Below, piece after piece: positions 46,388-56,012 of a stretch of 64,000 nt of DNA (position 1 is its first letter; each line of letters starts with the position of its first letter). A program made the translations under genes and the position numbers. This stretch comes from an uncultured Alphaproteobacteria bacterium. Lineage in GTDB: Bacteria; Pseudomonadota; Alphaproteobacteria; Rs-D84. The DNA lies in contig CAKQTG010000001.1 of the NCBI GenBank assembly GCA_934276735.1, positions 224,455 to 288,454 of the forward strand, in the 5' to 3' direction. The notes beneath the pieces are model-generated. The model made no database searches and had not been told where the DNA came from. It worked only from the letters and a program-made list of their open reading frames with translations.

Positions 46388-47256
46388 TTTATATCGTCCA
46401 TTGATTTTGCATGTCCCAGTGGGTGATGCATAACGACCGTTTCGCGTAATTGTTCAGGCATTACGTGGGTGTAAATTTGTGTTGTTGAAATATCTTCGTG
46501 GCCCAGCATTGTTTGTATCGCGCGCAGGTTTGCACCACCGGCCAACAAATGCGACGCAAACGAATGTCTTAATACGTGTGGTGATACGCGTCGCGCATCA
46601 ATGCCGGCCAAAACAGCACATTTTTTCAGTATCTTGAAAAATCCATCACGGGTTATGTGGCCGGATGCGCCACCACCAGGAAACACATATTTTGATTTTT
46701 CATCATCGCGCACGGCCAGCCATTTGTTTAATGCCGCGATTGCGCCCGCATGCATTGGGACAATGCGTTCCTTTGCCCCCTTGCCATGAATCAGTAATTT
46801 GTCACCCAGTATTCCTGTCATTGGTAATTCACATAATTCCGAGACACGCAGCCCTGACGCATAGACCAATTCAATCATCGCACGCAGGCGGGTCGCGTTT
46901 TTTATATCGCCCGCCGATGAAATCAGTAATTCTATTTCGTCCACAGATAAAAATTTCGGTAATGGGCGTGACCGTTTCGGCAGTTCCAGATTTGCGGTTG
47001 GGTTTTCGCTGATAATTTTTTCCAGCATTAAAAATTTATAAAATCCACGCAGTGCACTGGCATGACGCGCAACCGACGAGGCGCAATCAGGCAGGGACGC
47101 CAAATAGTTTTGTATGTCATCACCCGTCGCCGTCATCAGGCCACCCGGCAATGCAGCGTCGGCGGCACGCAAATCAAAGCCATAACTTTCTAGTGTTTTG
47201 GCACTGCGCCCTTTTTCTGCGGCCAGGGCTTCTAAAAAAATCTCTATATAATTCAT
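46384..47256 (-). CDS. xerD: site-specific tyrosine recombinase XerC/XerD
   Basis: Catalytic residues in ...HVLRHSFASHLL...GHEDISTTQIYTH; XerD-like N-terminal core-binding domain. Confidence 0.85.
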   Translation of the reverse strand: MNYIEIFLEALAAEKGRSAKTLESYGFDLRAADAALPGGLMTATGDDIQNYLASLPDCASSVARHASALRGFYKFLMLEKIISENPTANLELPKRSRPLPKFLSVDEIELLISSAGDIKNATRLRAMIELVYASGLRVSELCELPMTGILGDKLLIHGKGAKERIVPMHAGAIAALNKWLAVRDDEKSKYVFPGGGASGHITRDGFFKILKKCAVLAGIDARRVSPHVLRHSFASHLLAGGANLRAIQTMLGHEDISTTQIYTHVMPEQLRETVVMHHPLGHAKSMDDIK

Positions 47257-47409
47257 GGATATAATACGATTTCGGTCACATTTTGTGGGGCAGGAAACGA
47301 TATTATCATCAGCACCACCAGGACAATTATCAATGCCCAGATTATAATTTTATTACGTGTTGAATTCTTGCGTCGATTGTTCAGTGGCATGTGTAAATTC
47401 CCCCTTGGG

Positions 47410-48468
47410 TTAAATGGTATCAAAACTGGCGATAAATGTGGCCGCGGCGGCAATGATAATCAGTTGTGGCGCGACAATTGCCAGCATTGCAGGTAATGCA
47501 CCGGTTGACCCCAATGCATTAAACATATTGGTCAGAAAATACAATGCAAAGCATGTGACAATTCCCAGGGCAAATTTTGTCCCAAAACTGTAATTACGGC
47601 GTTGGCGTGTCTGGGAAAATGCGACGCCCAGTGTTGCCATCGCAATCAGCGATAACGGCAAGAATAACAGTGTCCAAAACTGGACCAAATGACCGCGCAC
47701 TGGTGCGCCAATCGCGTCCATTTTATGGATAAACGTCGGTAATTGCCAAAATGAAATCTGGTCCGGTTGCAGATATCGGTCCAATACCGTGCGCGGGGTC
47801 AGACGTGTTTCCGCCGACCAATTGCGCGTTTTCATAATGCCGTTTGCGTCCCATACGCGCGCAGATTTCGCAGACATACCGTCATCGTCCAGGGTGACTG
47901 TTTTCGCCTCTATCCGGTTGGTCAGTTTAAATGACGCGTCCTGGACATAAATCGTTGCGTTTTCAAAATCCAATGCGTCACCAGACTTGTGCATTGTTTT
48001 TGCGTTCATTGTGATGTATCCGGCCTCTGATGCCTCGCGCAGCCAGATTGCGTCATCAATCAATTTCAGGTGGTCTGATGTAATGTTTCGATTGCTCAAT
48101 TCAACCGAATATGGATTTACGACCGTCGTTGCAAACACGCCAATCAGTGCCGCACCGACCAAGAATGGGCGCGCCATCTGGTATGGGGATAGGCCCGCGC
48201 TGGCCACAATAATACTCTCGCTGGATTTGGTCAGGTTATATGACGCCAGTAATGTTCCCATAAACACCGCCAGCGGCAAGAACAGTGGCACATATTCCAG
48301 CAATCGCATCCATGATTCCGCCATTGCCGCCACCGCCGTTGGATTTGACGGCAGACGCTCCACAAATGTCACCGCGAAAATAATCCCACACACGACCAGC
48401 ATAACAAGCCCAACGCCAGAAAAAAAACGGCGCATCAGGAATCTGGTCAAAATACTTGTTCGTAACAT
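47410..48468 (-). CDS. LptF/LptG family LPS export permease (YjgP/YjgQ)
   Basis: Six-TM topology with large periplasmic loop; N-terminus MLRTSILTRFLMRRFF... Confidence 0.75.
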   Translation of the reverse strand: MLRTSILTRFLMRRFFSGVGLVMLVVCGIIFAVTFVERLPSNPTAVAAMAESWMRLLEYVPLFLPLAVFMGTLLASYNLTKSSESIIVASAGLSPYQMARPFLVGAALIGVFATTVVNPYSVELSNRNITSDHLKLIDDAIWLREASEAGYITMNAKTMHKSGDALDFENATIYVQDASFKLTNRIEAKTVTLDDDGMSAKSARVWDANGIMKTRNWSAETRLTPRTVLDRYLQPDQISFWQLPTFIHKMDAIGAPVRGHLVQFWTLLFLPLSLIAMATLGVAFSQTRQRRNYSFGTKFALGIVTCFALYFLTNMFNALGSTGALPAMLAIVAPQLIIIAAAATFIASFDTI

Positions 48469-48563
48469 AACCTAAAAATTATAACCTGTTGATTTGATAA
48501 TTGCAAAATTAAAATGAATGCGTATAATTTCGGATACTATTACAGATGTAAGGAACATGCAAA

Positions 48564-49034
48564 ATGGAAAAAAGACCAATTTCACGCGCTGGGTTTGACG
48601 CGCTGTTAAAAGAGTTAAAAGATTTAAAAGAGGTTCAACGTCCGGAAATCTTGAAAACGGTCCAGTGGGCGCGTTCGCTGGGGGATTTGTCGGAAAACGC
48701 GGATTACAGTGCAGCCAAGGAAAAACAACGCCAGATTGATAAACGTATCCAGTTTATTGAAGGGGTAATTGAAAATGCGGCGATTATTGATATTGACTCT
48801 TTGTCAGGTAATCGCGTTGTGTTTGGTGCGCGCGTTGTTGCCGAAGACGAAGATGGTAACCGTATGCAATGTCGAATTTTATCGGATATTGAATCTGATG
48901 GCCGACAGGTCATTTCGTGCACATCGCCGGTTGGACGCGCAATGATTGGGCGTTGCGTTGGCGATACGTGCATTGTTAAATTACCGTCTGGTGAAAAAGA
49001 ATACGAAATTTTGGAAGTAAAATTCAAGGACTGA
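48564..49034 (+). CDS. greA: transcription elongation factor GreA
   Basis: MEKRPISRAGFDALLKELKDLKEVQRPEI...GDLSENADYSAAKEKQ. Confidence 0.9.
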   Translation: MEKRPISRAGFDALLKELKDLKEVQRPEILKTVQWARSLGDLSENADYSAAKEKQRQIDKRIQFIEGVIENAAIIDIDSLSGNRVVFGARVVAEDEDGNRMQCRILSDIESDGRQVISCTSPVGRAMIGRCVGDTCIVKLPSGEKEYEILEVKFKD

Positions 49035-49043
49035 GGTCTGGGA

Positions 49044-50807
49044 ATGCCGGTTCGTTTGTTGCCTGATTTTTTGATAAACCAAATTGCCGCTGGCGAGGTT
49101 GTTGAACGTCCCGCCAGTGTGGTCAAAGAATTGGTTGAAAACGCGCTGGACGCGGGCGCAGACCAAATTATGGTTGACGTTGCCGATGGCGGTCGAACAA
49201 TGATTTCTGTTATAGATAATGGTTCGGGTATGTCGCGCGATGACCTGGGGCGGGCGATACAGCGGCATGCGACATCAAAATTGCCAGATGATGATTTATT
49301 AAATATCAACTTTATGGGATTCCGGGGCGAGGCATTGCCATCAATCGCATCTGTGTCTGATATGACGATTGATACATGCAATGGCGCGGACCCCAATGGT
49401 TGGCAATTAAATGCCACGACGGGTGATGTGCGACCGTCTGATTGGGAATCTGGGACGCGAATTCGGGTGTTGAATTTGTTTGCCCGGACGCCTGCGCGTC
49501 TGAAATTCTTGCGTACAGACAGGGCAGAAATGATGTCTGTGTTGGACGTTGTGCGTCGTTTGGCAATGGCAAGACCAGATGTTGGATTTGTATTAAACAA
49601 TAAATGGCGTTTCCCACGTGGACAAGATTTACGTGACCGTATTGTCGCTGTGATGGGCGATGATGTTGCCGGTCGTATGATTGCCGTTGATGCGCACAGC
49701 ACGACAACCACTGGTTTGGAATTACATGGATTTATTTCAGAGCCCACATTGCGTCGTGCATCGTCGGTTGATCAATATCTGTTTGTAAATGGTCGTCCTG
49801 TCCGGGACAAGGTTTTGGTTGGTGCGTTGCGTGCGGCATATATGGATGTTATGCATGCACGCGAATTTCCACTATGTGCACTGTATCTAACGGTCCCACC
49901 GCGCAGTGTGGACGTAAATGTATCGCCCGCCAAGACCGAAGTGCATTTTCTAGAACCGTCGCATATTCGCAGTTTTATTATAAAAACATTGCGTTCGGCA
50001 TTATCGAAAACGATGAATGTTGCGCCATCAATTGATGTGACCCATCACACACCAATGGAATTTGCGAAGGCGGTGGCGCAAAAAATAAACTTTGGATTGC
50101 CGCCCGCCGGCGCGCGCGTGTGCGAACCGTCGACACTGTCTGAATTATCAGAAATGAACGAAATATTTTCGGCGTCCGCGGCTGCCCCCGCGATGACGCC
50201 CGCATCCGCGCCCGTGGCGACGACGGGTGGCGCGGACCCTGATATGCCACTGGGGCGCGTAATTGGCCAGATTGGCAATAAATACATTTTGGCGGCATCT
50301 GGCGATAATCTGGTGGTGGTGGACCAGCATGCGGCGCATGAACGTATTACGTATGAACGCCTGCGTCGGCATGCGATAAAATCGCAGCCATTGCTGACAC
50401 CGATAGTTGTACACATGCGTGATACAGATGTCGCGGCGATTATGACGATTGCGGATGAAATGCGGGTGTCAGGCCTGCACATTGATGCGTTTGGCGATGA
50501 CGCGATTGCTATATTCGAGAAGCCTGCCGATTGGGATTTGAATTGGGCAAATCTGTTTCATGATATTGCAGACGAAGTGCGTGCGAATGGCCATTCGTGC
50601 CAATTGGACGAAAAGTTACATTTAAAATTGGCAAATTACGCATGTCACCACAGTGTGCGTGCTGGTCAACGCTTGGATATGCAATCTTGTGATGCGTTAT
50701 TGCGAGAGATAGAACGAACCGAACGTGGTGCGCAATGTAATCATGGGCGACCGGTGTATAAATTTATCCCGATTACAGATATGGACGCATGGTTTGAACG
50801 CGTCTAG
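49044..50807 (+). CDS. mutL: DNA mismatch repair protein MutL
   Basis: GHKL ATPase N-terminus INQIAAGEVVERPASVVKELVENALDAGA; C-terminal dimerisation domain. Confidence 0.9.
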   Translation: MPVRLLPDFLINQIAAGEVVERPASVVKELVENALDAGADQIMVDVADGGRTMISVIDNGSGMSRDDLGRAIQRHATSKLPDDDLLNINFMGFRGEALPSIASVSDMTIDTCNGADPNGWQLNATTGDVRPSDWESGTRIRVLNLFARTPARLKFLRTDRAEMMSVLDVVRRLAMARPDVGFVLNNKWRFPRGQDLRDRIVAVMGDDVAGRMIAVDAHSTTTTGLELHGFISEPTLRRASSVDQYLFVNGRPVRDKVLVGALRAAYMDVMHAREFPLCALYLTVPPRSVDVNVSPAKTEVHFLEPSHIRSFIIKTLRSALSKTMNVAPSIDVTHHTPMEFAKAVAQKINFGLPPAGARVCEPSTLSELSEMNEIFSASAAAPAMTPASAPVATTGGADPDMPLGRVIGQIGNKYILAASGDNLVVVDQHAAHERITYERLRRHAIKSQPLLTPIVVHMRDTDVAAIMTIADEMRVSGLHIDAFGDDAIAIFEKPADWDLNWANLFHDIADEVRANGHSCQLDEKLHLKLANYACHHSVRAGQRLDMQSCDALLREIERTERGAQCNHGRPVYKFIPITDMDAWFERV

Positions 50808-50906
50808 AATTATACCCAGAACCCATTGTTTTTTGCCTGGACACTGGGGCTTTTTTTTACTATTCTGATACCATAAAATAACAAAGTCACACTAAGGAGA
50901 AATATC

Positions 50907-51215
50907 ATGGAAGAAACCACGGTTGTTGTTCAAGAAGGTGCAAACGCGGCCCAAGCTACCACTGGTAACTGGTGGGGAATGCTGCTGTATTGCATTGTTG
51001 TGTTTGGAATCATTTATCTGTTTATGGTGCGCCCGAACAAGCGTCGTATGGCCGAATATCAGAAAATGTTGGATTCTTTAAAGGTTGGTAATCGCGTAAT
51101 GGCGGCCGGCATTTACGGGACAATCAAAAAGATTGGCGACAAAACCATTGAAATGGAAGTGGCCAAGGGCGTCGTTATAGAAGTCAACAAAAACGCCGTG
51201 GCCAGCGTTGAATAA
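50907..51215 (+). CDS. yajC: preprotein translocase subunit YajC
   Basis: Single TM then ...PNKRRMAEYQKMLDSLKVGNRVMAAGIYGTI... Confidence 0.85.
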   Translation: MEETTVVVQEGANAAQATTGNWWGMLLYCIVVFGIIYLFMVRPNKRRMAEYQKMLDSLKVGNRVMAAGIYGTIKKIGDKTIEMEVAKGVVIEVNKNAVASVE

Positions 51216-51233
51216 GCGAGAAAGGGTAATCAG

Positions 51234-52793
51234 ATGTTTAAAAAACTGGCAATAATTTTTGTTGCGGTGTTTGGTGTGTTACTGGCGGTGCCAACAATGT
51301 CGCCACGCCTGGCACCGTATTTCCCGTCGTGGGCACAACCAATCCCATTGGGCTTGGACTTAAAGGGTGGGGCCCAGTTGTTATTGGAAGTGGACACAAA
51401 CACCATGTTCCAGGAAAAGGCGGCCCAACTGTATGACGAGGTGCGCACAGCCCTGATTGATCGCGACAAGGGTGTTATTCGTTTTTCAAACCTGCGTAAC
51501 AATGATGGTGTTGTGTCGTTGGTTGTTCGCGATGATGCCGATGTATCACGTGCCAAGGGCCGGTTAAAGAGCGTTCTGGGCAATACTGTTGATATTGAAT
51601 CATCGGGTCGGACAATTACATTGTCATATTCGGAAAAACAGAAAAACGAAATGACCCAGGACGCGTTGGCGCGCAGTATTGAAATTGTGCGTCGTCGTAT
51701 TGATGCGCTGGGGACCAAAGAACCGTCTATCCAGTCCCAGGGGGGCAAGTATATCTTGATTCAGTTGCCGGGTGTTGATAACCCAGAACACATCAAGGAA
51801 TTGATTGGTCAAACGGCCAAGATGACGTTCCATTTGGTAAATGAAAATGTGTCGGCCGAACAAATTGCGTCTGGTCGTGCGCCCAGTGGCACACAATTCT
51901 TGCCAATGATGGAAGCACCAAATCAATTGGTGCCGATATATTCGCGTGTCGAGGTGTCGGGTGAATCATTAAAAGATTCCCAGGCAGATTTTGACCAGAA
52001 TAATATGCCGGTTGTAACAACTGCGTTTGATGCAACGGGTGCACGCAAATTTGCAAAATTGACCACTGAACACGTGAACGAACGTTTTGCAATTGTGCTG
52101 GACGGACGCGTGCTGTCGGCACCGACAATTCGTGAACCAATTCCAGGTGGTCGTGGCCAGATTTCTGGTGGATTTACATTACAGGGTGCAAAAGACCTGG
52201 CCGTGCTGTTGCGTTCGGGCGCATTGCCGGCACCGTTACAGGTTATCGAAGAACGCACGGTTGGTGCGGGACTGGGGGCCGATACGATTGAAGCAGGTAA
52301 AATCGGTTCCGCGGTTGGTGTGTTGTTCGTAATAATCTTTATGTTGGTTGCATATCGCGGATTTGGTTTGATTGCAGATATCGTATTGCTGGTCAATTTG
52401 GCGATGATTATCGGTATATCGGCATTTCTGGGTGCAACGCTGACGTTGCCAGGAATTGCGGGTATCGTATTGACTCTGGGTATGGCGGTGGACGCGAACA
52501 TTCTGCCGTTTGAACGTATCCGTGACGAGGTTCGTGAAGGTGTTCCGACCCTGCGTGCGGTAGAATTAGGATTTCATCGTTCGACCAAGACTGTTATGGA
52601 CGGAAATCTGACCAACTTGATTTGCAGTTTGATTCTGTTCCAGTTTGGTGCAGGCCCAATTCGTGGGTTTGCGGTAACGCTGTCCATTGGTGTTATTACA
52701 ACATTGTTCACGTGCCTGTTGTTGTCCAAGGTTTTGATTGACTGGTATATGAACGGCAAAAACAAGAAAATCAGTTACATCAGAAATAAATAA
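51234..52793 (+). CDS. secD: protein translocase subunit SecD
   Basis: LGLDLKGGAQLLLEVD and C-terminal six-TM SecD core. Confidence 0.9.
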   Translation: MFKKLAIIFVAVFGVLLAVPTMSPRLAPYFPSWAQPIPLGLDLKGGAQLLLEVDTNTMFQEKAAQLYDEVRTALIDRDKGVIRFSNLRNNDGVVSLVVRDDADVSRAKGRLKSVLGNTVDIESSGRTITLSYSEKQKNEMTQDALARSIEIVRRRIDALGTKEPSIQSQGGKYILIQLPGVDNPEHIKELIGQTAKMTFHLVNENVSAEQIASGRAPSGTQFLPMMEAPNQLVPIYSRVEVSGESLKDSQADFDQNNMPVVTTAFDATGARKFAKLTTEHVNERFAIVLDGRVLSAPTIREPIPGGRGQISGGFTLQGAKDLAVLLRSGALPAPLQVIEERTVGAGLGADTIEAGKIGSAVGVLFVIIFMLVAYRGFGLIADIVLLVNLAMIIGISAFLGATLTLPGIAGIVLTLGMAVDANILPFERIRDEVREGVPTLRAVELGFHRSTKTVMDGNLTNLICSLILFQFGAGPIRGFAVTLSIGVITTLFTCLLLSKVLIDWYMNGKNKKISYIRNK

Positions 52794-52805
52794 GGAATAA
52801 ATACT

Positions 52806-53669
52806 ATGAAACTGCATTTTATGAAATATCGGAAACTGTCATACTGGGTTTCTGGAATATTGGTTGCGTTGTCGATTGTATCACTGGCGTTTCATGGCCT
52901 GAATTATGGTATTGATTTCGCGGGTGGCATTTCGATGGAGGTTAAACCCATCGCGGCCAATTATACAATTGACAAAATGCGCAGTGACCTGGCCGAATTC
53001 AGCCCGGAATTGCAATCGGTTGATAATGACGCGATTTTGGTGCGTGTCGGTTTGCCCAAGGGCGCAACCGATGCCCAGCAAAACGCACGCGTTGCCGACA
53101 TTAAACAAATCTTGGGCGACAAGGTGCAATATTCCCAGGTGCAAATCGTCGGTCCAAAAATTGGTGGTGAATTGGTGCGCGGTGGTATATTGGCGATATT
53201 GGTATCGTTCGTGCTGATGAGTGTGTATATCTGGATTCGCTATCGTGGTGGATATGCCGTCGGTTCGTTTGTGTCATTGGTGTTGGACTTTATTTTGATG
53301 TTTGGATTCTTTTCCATCACTGGGCTGGAATTCAACCAGACATCAATTGCGGTTATCTTGATGGGAATTGGTTATTCTATCAATGACAAGGTTGTGAACT
53401 ATGACCGTATTGATGAAAATATTAAAAAGTATCACAAGATGCCGATGACTGAATTGATTGACCTGTCGGTAAACGAAATGTTCCACCGAACAATTATGAC
53501 CAGTGTTTCAACAATATTGGCAATGGTTGGATTGTATTTCTTTGGTGGCATTATGTTGCAAGATTTCGCGGTCGCGATGACATTTTCGGTCGTGATGGGA
53601 ACACTGACCAGTATTTATATCTCGAACGTAATCTTGTATCACTTTAATTTGCGTGACACCAAGTATTGA
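52806..53669 (+). CDS. secF: protein translocase subunit SecF
   Basis: LNYGIDFAGGISMEV; six TM. Confidence 0.9.
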   Translation: MKLHFMKYRKLSYWVSGILVALSIVSLAFHGLNYGIDFAGGISMEVKPIAANYTIDKMRSDLAEFSPELQSVDNDAILVRVGLPKGATDAQQNARVADIKQILGDKVQYSQVQIVGPKIGGELVRGGILAILVSFVLMSVYIWIRYRGGYAVGSFVSLVLDFILMFGFFSITGLEFNQTSIAVILMGIGYSINDKVVNYDRIDENIKKYHKMPMTELIDLSVNEMFHRTIMTSVSTILAMVGLYFFGGIMLQDFAVAMTFSVVMGTLTSIYISNVILYHFNLRDTKY

Positions 53670-53722
53670 TATTGATGCCGCACCGCCACCCATGGGGGAC
53701 ACACAGAGAGGGGAAAAATAAT

Positions 53723-55237
53723 ATGAGATTAAAAAAATTATTTTTAATGTTGTGTTTTTGTCTGGCGGTGCGGCCGGCGTATTCAGACAGCTTGTTTTTC
53801 GAAGATGAACCAATCCAGGACGGCGTGCCTGTTTTTGAAATGTCAAAAACATTTGCCGATATTTATGAAAAACTGGACGGGGTAAAGTGGGGCGGTAAAA
53901 GCATAAATGTCGCGATTGAAAGTTTGGAAAATCTGAACAAAAATGCACATATCGCCGCAACAGATGAACGTGTTGTTTTGGTGTGGGGGGATAATATTAT
54001 TGCAAATTATCCGCGCCCACGCAGTGGTGATTGGAACGGCTTTGGTGAAATAACCACCGCATTGATGTTAAAGTTGCGTGAAAAAGATTCTGATTTACAT
54101 CGCGCCAGTCCGTCTGAAATGTATCAAATGGTCGTGGACAGTTTGATGCGCGGTATTGATGAAAATGGCCGCTATATATATTCTCGTGCGGCCGAGGTTA
54201 CCGAAGACGGCCGTATCCTGACCAGTGTGGGATTGACCGGGGTGCGTGATGCGCGCGGAAATTGGCGTGTGCATGGTGTGTTCAAGGGCGCGCCCGCGGA
54301 TGCGGCGGGAATTCGTGCGGGTGATTTGATATCTGAGATAAATGGCCGCGCGGTTGCCGATATGTCGGATGATGAATTGGAATCTGTGCTGGCGGGATTT
54401 AATTCTGGCACATCCAAGATAAAATTACTGTCGCCATCGGGGACGCGTGATGTTGTGCTGCGTCGTGCAACGATTGTTTTAGCCGATGCCGATGTTGTTC
54501 ATCGGACGGCCAGTGGTGAAAATTCGGGCGACGTTTTGGAAATTGTTGTGCACCAGGCATCAAATAACGCCGTATCCATTGTGAACGAGGCACTGGCGAC
54601 GTATCCGAAACTGGGCGGAATTGTGTTGGATTTGCGCGCGGCGTCGGGTGATGACGCGGTTGCAGCGGCAAAGTTGGCGGGACTGTTTATTGGCGCGCGG
54701 CCCGTAATGCGTATCCAGGAAACTGCGGCTGAACAGGTAGAGGTTGTTCCCGGCGGTAATGCGGTGACAAATGTGCCAGTTGTGGTTTTGATATCGGATC
54801 AAACACGTGGCACGGCCGAGGCACTGGCCGCTGCATTCTATGAATATGGGCGTGGGGTTCTGGTTGGAACGCCAACGGCAGGAAATGCGCGTATTGCAAC
54901 CCGTCTGGATTTAAATGATGGTGGTGCGCTGGAACTGTTGAATAAATCAATTCAGACTGGTACCGGGCGCAGCATTGATGGGCGCGGGGTGTTTCCGATT
55001 GTGTGTCTGTCTAATATTCGCAGCACAACGCAACAAAATGCGTTTTTCTTGAATGTATTAAATAATGATTTTAATGCACGTGATTTTAATAGTGCGGAAA
55101 ATATCAATGTTGATGATGTGCGTCGTGGCTGTCCGGTTATTACCAGTGGCACCGATGAAGACGCGGTCGCGGCGGCCGTTTCGGCCAAAATATTGACCGA
55201 TAAAAGTGTTTATAACAAATTGATTGCCAAAGAATAG
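53723..55237 (+). CDS. S41-family C-terminal processing peptidase-like protein with PDZ domain; ATG at 53723
   Basis: Signal peptide MRLKKLFLMLCFCLAVRPAYS; PDZ (GVFKGAPADAAGIRAGDLISEINGRAV); peptidase block VVVLISDQTRGTAEALAAAFYEYGRGVLVGTPTAGN. Confidence 0.65.
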   Translation: MRLKKLFLMLCFCLAVRPAYSDSLFFEDEPIQDGVPVFEMSKTFADIYEKLDGVKWGGKSINVAIESLENLNKNAHIAATDERVVLVWGDNIIANYPRPRSGDWNGFGEITTALMLKLREKDSDLHRASPSEMYQMVVDSLMRGIDENGRYIYSRAAEVTEDGRILTSVGLTGVRDARGNWRVHGVFKGAPADAAGIRAGDLISEINGRAVADMSDDELESVLAGFNSGTSKIKLLSPSGTRDVVLRRATIVLADADVVHRTASGENSGDVLEIVVHQASNNAVSIVNEALATYPKLGGIVLDLRAASGDDAVAAAKLAGLFIGARPVMRIQETAAEQVEVVPGGNAVTNVPVVVLISDQTRGTAEALAAAFYEYGRGVLVGTPTAGNARIATRLDLNDGGALELLNKSIQTGTGRSIDGRGVFPIVCLSNIRSTTQQNAFFLNVLNNDFNARDFNSAENINVDDVRRGCPVITSGTDEDAVAAAVSAKILTDKSVYNKLIAKE

Positions 55238-55253
55238 GAGGCAAGGGCGGATA

Positions 55254-55949
55254 ATGTTTTTAGCAGAAAATAATAAAATTAAATGGAAATTATTAGGTAT
55301 AGCAACTGTCGTGGTTGCGGCACTGGTGGCGTTGGGAATTGCGTGGTTTGATAAACCGTTGTATCTGTTTATGCGCAATTTTGACTGTGTTGCATGGGGG
55401 TGGTTTGATAAAATTTTTGACGCGAAAATGTGGGTTGGGGCATCGTTCGTTTTGATGTGTGCTTTTTATGGAAAAAAGATTGTTGAAACAAAGCCTTGTT
55501 TTAAAAATTCGAAAAATCGGTTTAGTGTTTTCGCTTTTTTTCGTGATTTTTTTGTAAAGACAAAGAATAGTTATGCGTTTTTTATATTTTGCTCTGTCTT
55601 GTCTGCATCCGTTTTTGCCAAGGCGTTAAAGATTATGATTGGCCGTGCCCGCCCAATATTTTTCGAGGCATTGGATATGACCGGATTTTTCCCGTGGTCA
55701 AATGAGTGGGCATTTAATTCAATGCCATCGGGACATACGGTTGCGACGTTTGCAGGACTGGTTATGTTGGGAATGTTGGCACCACGGGTAAAATGGTTCA
55801 CATGGACATTGGCAATTGTCGTTGGGGCGTCACGAGTTGCGTATGGGGCGCATTGGCCAACGGATGTTCTGCTGGGGGCTTTTATTGGTATGGTAATGGC
55901 AGATTTTGCAAAGTCATTGCTGAAACGTTGGCAATCAAAATTTGAATAA
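55254..55949 (+). CDS. PAP2-family phosphatase (undecaprenyl/phosphatidate phosphatase-like)
   Basis: PAP2 motifs KALKIMIGRARP, PSGH, RVAYGAHWPTD. Confidence 0.75.
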   Translation: MFLAENNKIKWKLLGIATVVVAALVALGIAWFDKPLYLFMRNFDCVAWGWFDKIFDAKMWVGASFVLMCAFYGKKIVETKPCFKNSKNRFSVFAFFRDFFVKTKNSYAFFIFCSVLSASVFAKALKIMIGRARPIFFEALDMTGFFPWSNEWAFNSMPSGHTVATFAGLVMLGMLAPRVKWFTWTLAIVVGASRVAYGAHWPTDVLLGAFIGMVMADFAKSLLKRWQSKFE

Positions 55950-55951
55950 AT

Positions 55952-55980
55952 ATCGCGCCAAGTGGCGCGTTTTTTTTAAC
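55952..55980 (+). terminator. Rho-independent terminator after PAP2 gene
   Basis: cgcgccaagtggcgcg followed by T8. Confidence 0.7.
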
Positions 55981-56012
55981 ATTTTTGTTTAATTTGTGAT
56001 AAAATACCGAAT

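Noticed and set aside
46384-47256. XerD-like recombinase as a marker of an integrated element
   Set aside because: Domain layout and context (housekeeping neighbours, no att-like repeats, no phage genes) fit the chromosomal dimer-resolution recombinase rather than a phage integrase.
48704-49747. 347-aa minus-strand ORF and other long antisense ORFs (e.g. 13153..13758, 14015..14704, 15440..16024, 15771..16298, 56219..56773, 56786..57289, 51923..52501)
   Set aside because: All lie antisense to well-supported genes (greA/mutL, lolC, lolD, ftsK, secD). They are low-complexity Ser/Arg/Pro-rich products typical of GC-rich antisense frames.
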